The notes beneath the pieces are model-generated. The model had not been told where the DNA came from and searched no databases. It saw only the letters and a list, made by a program, of their open reading frames with translations. This document shows, in pieces, positions 18,817 through 26,009 of a DNA stretch of 31,286 nt; positions within the stretch are counted from its first letter, which is position 1, and every line of letters starts with the position of its first letter. The DNA is from a virus (lineage: Duplodnaviria; Caudoviricetes). The translations under genes and the position numbers were made by a program. The stretch spans positions 1-31,286 of the IMG/VR virus record IMGVR_UViG_3300033407_000086, one strand, 5' to 3'.

Positions 18817-19427
18817 TGAAAACGATCAACAGCGCATCTTTGGTATGCAGCGACTTACTGGACTTAAGGTCATCGTTAAGAGCGATAAACAACACATCTT
18901 ATATAGACTCGATCCATATTGACATAATGGACGGTTTATATGTGGACAGGATCGGCATCATGCCGGAAGTATTCAGCCAGATAAATGAGTTTACCAACAA
19001 AAGCACTGATGTGCACTTCATGGTAGATGACCCTGTTAAATTCATGGCTTTATGCCAGGGAGCCGATATGTTTTGGGTGCATAGTGATAAGCTTGATGAA
19101 AATACGTATAAAATAGCCAAAAGTTATGCAAAGAAATGTGGTGTGGTGTTCAGTCCGGGCGATGATATGGAGGCGTGGCTGTCAGACGGGTTGTATGACT
19201 CAATAATACTGATGGCCATGCGTCCAGGTGACTTATCATCTGATATGGACAGCCGTATCTACGATATGATCAAGATTGCCCGTAAGAATTGCAGTGGGGT
19301 AGTGGCGGTTGATGGTAAAGTAAGCCGTAATACTTATGTTGATTTTATGGTCAACGGTGCTAACTTTTTTGTACTTGGCACATCTTCAATCTATCAAGAT
19401 GGTAGGATGTTAAAAACATTTAAATGA
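18816..19427 (+). CDS. Ribulose-phosphate 3-epimerase family protein (AlsE-like)
   Basis: 'SLVCSDLL', 'HIDIMDG', 'DVHFMV', 'LMAMRPG', 'VAVDG', 'VLGTS'. Confidence 0.85.
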   Translation: MKTINSASLVCSDLLDLRSSLRAINNTSYIDSIHIDIMDGLYVDRIGIMPEVFSQINEFTNKSTDVHFMVDDPVKFMALCQGADMFWVHSDKLDENTYKIAKSYAKKCGVVFSPGDDMEAWLSDGLYDSIILMAMRPGDLSSDMDSRIYDMIKIARKNCSGVVAVDGKVSRNTYVDFMVNGANFFVLGTSSIYQDGRMLKTFK

Positions 19428-20920
19428 AAGTAATAATCACAACAGCCGGGAGAGGTTCACGTATATCGGGCAAAACCGACATACTGAACAAAGCATTGAT
19501 AAAAGTAGGTGACAAAGCGATGATCAATCATATCATTGATTCTTATCCAGCGACCACCAAGTTTGTGATCGTTTTAGGTTATAAAGGTGATCAAGTAATG
19601 GATTATATATTGTTATGTTACCCTGACCATAATATTGAATTTGTGCGAGTGGATTTGACAAAAAAACAATCAATGCTTTATTCATTAGTGACGGCCATAA
19701 AAGAAAGCGCTGACCCATACAGTGCATTTATATACAATGCTTGTGATATGTTCGTACCAGATGCACATACTTTATGGGGTCACTATACAGACACTTTAAT
19801 GTTCGGGTCAACGCTGATGGACAACGTGATGTATGACTGTGTCGACTCTAATGGTAAATTACAGTACAAAGGGCATAAAGGCTACCCTTATTTAGGTGTA
19901 TGCTATGTGGTCAAAACCGCTACTTTTGTAGAAAATGCTGAAATTATACTTGAACTGTGCGGCGAATCAGAACGGAACGACTTTTCAGTTTTCAAAAAAA
20001 GTAACACAGATATTAGGCATATTAAAAAAGACTTATGGTACGACATCGGCAATATACATGCTTGGCGTGAAAGCGACGCTAAAATGGGAAGGACTTTTTT
20101 TACATCTGAAAAGATAGACCGTGAGACTTATTTTATCGAGGGCCATGTTATAAAATTTTTAAAGAATGAGGAAGATATAGATGAATTGTACCAACGGCGG
20201 TCACAGTTCAACTATACTGACATAGTGATGGGGCAGTTCATAAAAATGGACTTTGTACATGGCGTATCGGCTGATTTGAAATGCGATAGGCAAGTAATGA
20301 ACTTTATTATAAACCATCTTAAAAATAAGGTCCAAGTAGATTATAAGTTCAATCATTTCTACACAAGAAAGACACTGGACAGGGTAGGTAAATTTTTGAC
20401 CGACAACAACGACTACAATCTGATAAATGGTGAACGTATCAAAGAACCGATACAAGATATGATAAATGCCTGTGGCCGGGCGTTGGGACTGACGGCCATA
20501 ATAGGCGCACATGGTGATTTTGTATTGTCCAACGTTATAGTCAAGGGCGATGGCATTCATTATATCGACATTAGGACCGATTTTGGCGGCAATGATTACG
20601 GTGCACTGGAATATGAATGGGCTAAACTGTCTCATTCATTGCTGTTCAATCATAAGAAAATATCTTTGGGTGAATATAACTTTAATGAACTTGATGATGA
20701 ATGTTATGTGGATATTACCGTAAGCTATAATAATCTGCTATTTCTTGAAATGGTCAGGGAATCTATACCAGAAAACCAAAGAACGACGGTTGAGATACTT
20801 CATGCATTTGTCTGGTTGTCAATGTCGCCGCTGCACCCATGTGTGGAAGGTAAGATATTGTACGCATTAGGCAAATTAAAACTATACCAATGTTACAATA
20901 TTTTAAATGCAGAGACGTAA
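19424..20920 (+). CDS. Fusion: sugar-phosphate nucleotidyltransferase + APH/choline-kinase-like phosphotransferase
   Basis: 'TTAGRGSRI...NKAL', 'LGYKG', 'WYDIGN'; C-terminal 'HGDFVLSNVI', 'YIDIR', 'YEWAKL', 'LSMSPLH'. Confidence 0.85.
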   Translation: MKVIITTAGRGSRISGKTDILNKALIKVGDKAMINHIIDSYPATTKFVIVLGYKGDQVMDYILLCYPDHNIEFVRVDLTKKQSMLYSLVTAIKESADPYSAFIYNACDMFVPDAHTLWGHYTDTLMFGSTLMDNVMYDCVDSNGKLQYKGHKGYPYLGVCYVVKTATFVENAEIILELCGESERNDFSVFKKSNTDIRHIKKDLWYDIGNIHAWRESDAKMGRTFFTSEKIDRETYFIEGHVIKFLKNEEDIDELYQRRSQFNYTDIVMGQFIKMDFVHGVSADLKCDRQVMNFIINHLKNKVQVDYKFNHFYTRKTLDRVGKFLTDNNDYNLINGERIKEPIQDMINACGRALGLTAIIGAHGDFVLSNVIVKGDGIHYIDIRTDFGGNDYGALEYEWAKLSHSLLFNHKKISLGEYNFNELDDECYVDITVSYNNLLFLEMVRESIPENQRTTVEILHAFVWLSMSPLHPCVEGKILYALGKLKLYQCYNILNAET

Positions 20921-21390
20921 AATCTCCAGAACGCCGGAAAGGCGATGCTGGGTTTGATTTTTTTGTACCCAAAGATTTCAACGCTGAAATGCTGCCGACT
21001 GAACAAGACCGCCGCTGGGCGTTTAATCTTGACGGTAAGTATGAACTTAATTCTGGCTGTGATTTACTGATACCGTCCGGCCTTCATGTAAGGCTCCCGG
21101 TTGACCATGTGCTTATGTTGGCTGACAAATCAGGAGTGGCTACACGTAAGAAGTTGATGGTGGCCGCTAAGATCATAGACGAAAGCTACCAAGGAGAGAT
21201 ACATTACCACATGGTCAATTTCTCGAACGGTATCATTCTTATAAGCCCTGGTGAGAAAATAATCCAGGGACTGCTTATACGTTGCAACTATATGGGATCG
21301 GCTGAGATAAGTAGTCTTGAAAAACTTTATAAAAACCATTCAAAAAGCCATCGTGGCAGTGGTGGGTTCGGTTCGACTGGTTCATATTAA
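20890..21390 (+). CDS. dut: Trimeric dUTPase-family protein with variant motifs
   Basis: 'DAGFDF', 'ADKSG', 'KIIDESYQGEI', 'KIIQG', 'RGSGGFGSTG'. Confidence 0.85.
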   Translation: MLQYFKCRDVKSPERRKGDAGFDFFVPKDFNAEMLPTEQDRRWAFNLDGKYELNSGCDLLIPSGLHVRLPVDHVLMLADKSGVATRKKLMVAAKIIDESYQGEIHYHMVNFSNGIILISPGEKIIQGLLIRCNYMGSAEISSLEKLYKNHSKSHRGSGGFGSTGSY

Positions 21391-21497
21391 GTTCAAAAAA
21401 AATATTTTACTTTTAAGAAAAAAGTTCCTAAAAAATTTGGAAGTCTTAAGAACTTGGTGTAATTTTGTTTCATCATTAACGATCAAACTAAATCAAT
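21384..21497 (+). repeat. Promoter cassette repeat, copy 1 (114 bp)
   Basis: Identical to 30825-30938; TTTG (21436-21439), 20 bp spacer, TAATTTTG (21460-21467). Confidence 0.92.
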
Positions 21498-21498
21498 C

Positions 21499-21726
21499 AT
21501 TGAAAAACTTAATAAAAGAACTGTATTAGATTTAATGAGGAATGGCCATATCTTAAGAAATATTACAATTAAAGACGAAATATGGGATTGTATAGCACCT
21601 GACGGTACTCCTACAAGATTAAGTAAATCCACTGGTCGCGCTGTAAGACAAGACCCAGATGTAAAACGTATGGGCGGCACTGTTTGTAGTACATATTTCA
21701 ATATACCGACAGTAGATGTACATTGA
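21499..21726 (+). CDS. Small hypothetical protein (ATT at the expected start; first ATG at 21535)
   Basis: Frame open from 21499, the same offset from the repeat as the ATG after copy 3. Confidence 0.45.
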   Translation: MEKLNKRTVLDLMRNGHILRNITIKDEIWDCIAPDGTPTRLSKSTGRAVRQDPDVKRMGGTVCSTYFNIPTVDVH

Positions 21727-21852
21727 AATACACAAGAACTTGGCATGGTTATTTCAACCAGATAAACAAACTGAATCATGATACTTAAAGAAAGTAAAGA
21801 ACTAATGGGTTGAAATCAAATCTCTTAAAGAATTTATAAAATACTTTAATTT

Positions 21853-22041
21853 ATGAGAACTTTACAATCAGTGGCCATAACCAGGGCTTATAACATATTT
21901 AAAAGAAAAGGCACCAATCAGTCGGCTTTTGAATTTGCTTGGCGGTCAATCGAAATAAATTTCCCATCACTGTTCACGTCAACTGTTATAGAAACAGCTT
22001 TGATAAAATATAACAAAACCCACCACAATGAATGTATTTGA
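21853..22041 (+). CDS. Small hypothetical protein
   Basis: 62 aa, AT-rich leader, overlaps the next start. Confidence 0.55.
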   Translation: MRTLQSVAITRAYNIFKRKGTNQSAFEFAWRSIEINFPSLFTSTVIETALIKYNKTHHNECI

Positions 22042-22705
22042 AACTCCTACAAACGCTTTTGAATGGGTGTATGATAAGATAATGCACGGTGGTATCAGCC
22101 ACCGGGGTACAAAAGCTATCATAGGATACTCAATGGAAATATTGCGCCCACAGCATAAAGTTATAACCACCGAGTGGCGTAAATTCAATGAGGACTATGC
22201 CAAAAAAGAATGGGAGTGGTATTTGTCAGGCAACACATGCGCCGACGCTATGGCGGAAATGGCAAAGATATGGAAGCAGTGCCAAGATTCTGAAGGTAAC
22301 GTGAACTCCAATTACGGTCATCATTGGTTTAAGCCGTTGTATGGCGGCGTAAACCAATATGACTGGCTTTTGGCTGAACTCAAAAACGATAAGGATTCAC
22401 GTAGAGCGATATTAAGCCACTATGACTATAACGAACTTCATAAATATTCCAAAGATACTCCGTGCAACCTGGCACTCCAGTTCGTCATAGTCGGCCATAA
22501 ACTTGAAGTCATTATATTCTGTAGGTCGCAGGACTTGGTGTACGGTTTCTGCAATGACCAGTATATTTGGGCATGCCTACAGGCTAAGATCATAAAAGAC
22601 CTTTGGCCTACTTATCAACTGATACCGGGTAGGATGGTTTACCAATATGGTCATATTCATATTTACCCAAGGCATTACAATCTTAGCGGTGAGTTCAAAA
22701 ACTAA
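22028..22705 (+). CDS. Thymidylate-synthase-family enzyme, dCMP hydroxymethylase-like
   Basis: 'EWEWY', 'NSNYG', 'DSRRA', catalytic 'TPCN', 'RSQDLVYGFCND', 'HIY'. Confidence 0.8.
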   Translation: MNVFETPTNAFEWVYDKIMHGGISHRGTKAIIGYSMEILRPQHKVITTEWRKFNEDYAKKEWEWYLSGNTCADAMAEMAKIWKQCQDSEGNVNSNYGHHWFKPLYGGVNQYDWLLAELKNDKDSRRAILSHYDYNELHKYSKDTPCNLALQFVIVGHKLEVIIFCRSQDLVYGFCNDQYIWACLQAKIIKDLWPTYQLIPGRMVYQYGHIHIYPRHYNLSGEFKN

Positions 22706-22709
22706 TGCA

Positions 22710-23285
22710 ATGAACAAACTTTTTTTCGTTGATACTGAAACGGTCAATACAGACAGAAGTAAGTGCGGGATATTCCAATTGGCAGCGGTGGTGATCGAAG
22801 AATCAACTGGGTTCTTGGCGGTCAAAGATAAAGTAGATTTCAGAATGTGCCCACAAGAATCTGAGTATTGGGATGAATTGGTTCTTGATCATATCCATTA
22901 CTCATTTAAAGACATTGAAAAATTCCGGCCACAACACTTGGTATTCAGGGAGTTTGTAAAATTCTTAGACTCTCACATAGACCGATACAACAAAGAAGAT
23001 AAGTTTTTCTTTGTGGCGTACAATGCAGCGTTTGATTACCAGAAGATAAGGAACTGGTTCGATGCTAACAACGACAGTTTTTTTGGGTCTTATTTCTGGA
23101 GCAACCCAATGTGCTTGATGTCATTAAGCACTTATGCGCTGAAAGACCAACGTCACTTAATGCCAAATTTCAAGCTTCAGACCGTATGTTTGTCATTGGG
23201 TATTGAACTGCCAAAAGCGCATGATGCCATGTCGGACATTATAGCGTTGGTCGGGTTGTACGAAACATTAACTGATTCTTTGTAA
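22710..23285 (+). CDS. DEDDh 3'-5' exonuclease (DnaQ-like)
   Basis: 'FVDTET', 'AYNAAFD', 'AHDAMSDI'; start reassigned to ATG 22710. Confidence 0.85.
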   Translation: MNKLFFVDTETVNTDRSKCGIFQLAAVVIEESTGFLAVKDKVDFRMCPQESEYWDELVLDHIHYSFKDIEKFRPQHLVFREFVKFLDSHIDRYNKEDKFFFVAYNAAFDYQKIRNWFDANNDSFFGSYFWSNPMCLMSLSTYALKDQRHLMPNFKLQTVCLSLGIELPKAHDAMSDIIALVGLYETLTDSL

Positions 23286-23287
23286 AA

Positions 23288-23725
23288 ATGAACAGACAAT
23301 TCTTCACAATAATGACAAGACAGCAACTAAAAGACACAGTGTTCCTAAATGTTGCCAAACAGATAGGGACGCTTAGCAGATGCAAACGGCTTAAAGTGGG
23401 TGCGGTATTGGTTCGTGACAACCGTATCATTTCGATAGGTTACAACGGTACGCCGACGGGGCTTGACAATGAATGTGAATGCAATGATACTACGAAAGAG
23501 AGTGTTGTGCATGCCGAAATGAACGCCATAATGTTTGCGGCCAAAAACGGCATAGGGACCGATAAGTGTACATTGTACGTAACTGACGCTCCATGTTATG
23601 GGTGCACAAGGTCTATAATACAAGCAGGGATAGTCCGTGTGGTCTATAGCCGTGAATACCATAGCGACGGCCTGCCGTTGCTGAACCTGGTTAAAATACC
23701 TTATACGTTATGGGAGAAAGAATAA
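23288..23725 (+). CDS. dCMP deaminase
   Basis: 'KVGAVL', 'GYNG', 'HAEMNA', 'PCYGC'. Confidence 0.92.
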   Translation: MNRQFFTIMTRQQLKDTVFLNVAKQIGTLSRCKRLKVGAVLVRDNRIISIGYNGTPTGLDNECECNDTTKESVVHAEMNAIMFAAKNGIGTDKCTLYVTDAPCYGCTRSIIQAGIVRVVYSREYHSDGLPLLNLVKIPYTLWEKE

Positions 23726-24132
23726 AATTGTTCTATGTAGGCCGTTGTATGCGTGTCGGCAATACCACTGGTTACAAATATCTGAAAGCTAGCACTAAAT
23801 CAGATTTTTTGGTGTTCGCCAAGAAATTGGTAAAGTACCAGGCCGTAGGCACTTGCATTGAAGTGACAGAACACGAGGATGTGGTCAAAAGCCCATACAC
23901 ACCTATAGGCTTACAAGTAGATGAAAAGACCGCTGCTGCATGGATAGCCGATGACCGGGCGTTGGCCGCTGAACTGGGAATGTCCAGGGTCATCAAAAAG
24001 AACCTCAACAGGTACTACGACACGGCGGTTGGCCAATTGGCCACGGTTTACAAAGGCATGAACTATAAGCCTGATGAGGCGTTCTTCATAAAGCTTATAA
24101 ACGACATTAAAATCAAAGCAATGAAATTATGA
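23710..24132 (+). CDS. Hypothetical protein
   Basis: 140 aa, overlaps both neighbours. Confidence 0.65.
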   Translation: MGERIKLFYVGRCMRVGNTTGYKYLKASTKSDFLVFAKKLVKYQAVGTCIEVTEHEDVVKSPYTPIGLQVDEKTAAAWIADDRALAAELGMSRVIKKNLNRYYDTAVGQLATVYKGMNYKPDEAFFIKLINDIKIKAMKL

Positions 24133-24908
24133 ACACTATACATGTAGCGGTGGATTTTTCCATATTACTGCACAGCAACTACCATGTACTTAAAAAGATC
24201 GGTGAACCGACCGGGAAAGGTTTGGCTGAAATGTGCTTAAGCTCCATCAACAAACTTGTGATGGACATCAGCTTAAGGTTTAAACGGCGCTCAGAGATAT
24301 ACGTCTGCACCGATACGGGCGACAGTTGGCGCAAAACGCTTTGTGTCGGCTACAAATCCAAACGTGTGCCCAATGATGATTTTCTTGAATGTGCGTACGA
24401 AGCAAGGTCTATTGTGGCCAAAGATTTCAATATACTTGAGATGGATGGTATGGAAGCCGATGACTGGGGCTACCTTATGGCTTACTACAAACAGCCATGC
24501 GTGCTGGTGTCCAATGACAACGACTGGAAACAGATGGTTTTATCAGATGATGTAGTGTACTTTAAATTCAGGACAAAAGATTTTTATACGTCTATGGATA
24601 TAAACCCGATGTATGAAGCTTTTGAGAAACTGGTACTTGGGTGCCCAGGCGATGAAATACCCCGGCTGTTGCCCAAAGGTGTCAGAAGAACCGAGGTGGC
24701 ACAAATGTATGACCGTTTGGAAACGCTGGTAGGGCCGTTCATAAGTTACACCAAGGCTGCAAAAATGGCCATAGCTGACCACGGCTACACGGTTGACTTA
24801 AAACGTTTCATAATAAACTACATGGTGGCTAACTATTCAGTGGATACCATAAAAAAACAGTTTGAGAGTAAGTGGAACAAAATCGAGTCACAGTTGAGAA
24901 TAAGCTGA
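24129..24908 (+). CDS. 5'-3' exonuclease / phage RNase H (FEN family)
   Basis: 'VDFS', 'SWRK...YKSKR', 'EADD', 'SNDNDWKQ', 'GCPGDEIP'. Confidence 0.8.
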   Translation: MNTIHVAVDFSILLHSNYHVLKKIGEPTGKGLAEMCLSSINKLVMDISLRFKRRSEIYVCTDTGDSWRKTLCVGYKSKRVPNDDFLECAYEARSIVAKDFNILEMDGMEADDWGYLMAYYKQPCVLVSNDNDWKQMVLSDDVVYFKFRTKDFYTSMDINPMYEAFEKLVLGCPGDEIPRLLPKGVRRTEVAQMYDRLETLVGPFISYTKAAKMAIADHGYTVDLKRFIINYMVANYSVDTIKKQFESKWNKIESQLRIS

Positions 24909-24913
24909 TTATG

Positions 24914-25009
24914 TATTAAGTTCAAAAATATATTTTACTTTTAAGAAAAAAGTTGTTAAAAAATTTGGAAGTCTTAAGAACTTAATGTAATTTTGTTTCA
25001 TCAATTAAC
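24914..25009 (+). repeat. Promoter cassette repeat, copy 2 (diverged)
   Basis: Matches copies 1 and 3 over ~96 bp with a few changes; TTTG-N20-TAATTTTG retained. Confidence 0.9.
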
Positions 25010-25063
25010 CGCAACGGCGGGTTCATTAAACAAAAATTTTTTAATCAACAAAATCTTTTAATC

Positions 25064-25645
25064 ATGCAAAATTTAATTCTTAAGTCATCAGCACAACTTT
25101 TGAAAATGTTGAAAGCTGCAAAAGAAAACTACACAGTTGACCATATCGAATCTGCAAAGATCTTGAACGACCGCAAAAAACTTACCACTGAGTTCAGGGA
25201 GCTTCTTCCAGATACCGTTGTTTATTGGGAGGACGTCGCTGAAGAAGCCGCACCTGCTGCAAAAGCAGCCAAAGAGCCTAAGGCTTCAAAGGCGCCCAAA
25301 GACCCTAACGCTGCCAAACCTAAGAATGCAACGTCACGGGTCAAATATGAAAACCCACGGCCAATCGTCATAGGCGACATCGTTGAGATTGACACCAAAG
25401 ACGGTAAAGAACAGGGCGAAGTGGTACGTACATCAACAGGTCATGCACCAGACCAGATTTACTTCCAAGTAAAGACGGCCAACGGTACAAGGTCAAAGCG
25501 TGATTACGCCACTAAACTTTTGGTGACAGAATCAGAGGCCCGTCAGGAAGAACGTTTTGAAGAGCAGGCTGCTGCTGCTACCAAAGCAGTTAAAACTGAG
25601 CCAGTGGCCAAAACTGAACCAGCGCCTAAGAAAGGCAAAAAGTAA
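25064..25645 (+). CDS. Lys/Ala/Pro-rich hypothetical protein with possible SH3-like central domain
   Basis: 'AAPAAKAAKEPKASKAPKDPNAAKPK', 'IGDIVEI...GEVV', C-terminal KTE repeats and 'KKGKK'. Confidence 0.7.
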   Translation: MQNLILKSSAQLLKMLKAAKENYTVDHIESAKILNDRKKLTTEFRELLPDTVVYWEDVAEEAAPAAKAAKEPKASKAPKDPNAAKPKNATSRVKYENPRPIVIGDIVEIDTKDGKEQGEVVRTSTGHAPDQIYFQVKTANGTRSKRDYATKLLVTESEARQEERFEEQAAAATKAVKTEPVAKTEPAPKKGKK

Positions 25646-25677
25646 AACTGGCGGTGACCTAACAGTTTAACAAAAGC

Positions 25678-25755
25678 GACCTTCATAGTTTAATTGGTTA
25701 GAACGCCGGGTTTAGAGCCCGGTATGATCCCGGTTCGAGTCCGGGTGGAGGTCCA
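25678..25755 (+). tRNA. tRNA with TAG anticodon but non-Leu body
   Basis: Acceptor ACCTTCA/TGGAGGT, D arm GTTT/GAAC, anticodon arm CCGGG-TTTAGAG-CCCGG, 6 nt variable region, T arm CCCGG-TTCGAGT-CCGGG; extra G-1:C73 pair. Confidence 0.8.
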
Positions 25756-25810
25756 GCGAGTAGTAAGAGCCGACGGGCAAGGTCTTAACGACCGATCTTA
25801 TTATAAGTGT

Positions 25811-25931
25811 GGGGATGTAGCTTAATGGTCAGAGCTGCTTATTCAATAGGTGAAGACGGCCCTTTCGGGGGTAGTGTCGCAGGGCCAGGACGTCATGGCA
25901 ATGAGTATGGGTTAGAGCCCCATCGCCCCCG
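25811..25931 (+). ncRNA. tRNA-like RNA with greatly expanded anticodon/variable region
   Basis: GGGGATG/CGCCCCC acceptor, canonical D arm TAGCTTAATGGTCAGAGC, T arm ATGGG-TTAGAGC-CCCAT, 71 nt between D and T arms. Confidence 0.6.
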
Positions 25932-25961
25932 CTGATTTAGTTTGAATATTTACTAGTGTAG

Positions 25962-25987
25962 TACGGCCACAGGCTTATGTGGCCGTA
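25962..25987 (+). terminator. Stem-loop ending the tRNA cluster
   Basis: TACGGCCACA-ggctta-TGTGGCCGTA perfect 10 bp stem, weak U-tract. Confidence 0.55.
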
Positions 25988-26009
25988 TCTCTATTTTAAA
26001 CCGCAACGG

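Noticed and set aside
17833-20920. Sugar genes as host-derived capsule/LPS island or pentose-phosphate auxiliary metabolic genes
   Set aside because: Translationally coupled to a DNA methylase-like gene and a dUTPase, with no flippase, polymerase or membrane GT; DNA modification fits better, though surface glycosylation is not excluded
25706-25722. Reading the first tRNA as an ochre (TTA) suppressor
   Set aside because: The 5 bp CCGGG/CCCGG stem fixes a 7 nt loop whose central triplet is TAG
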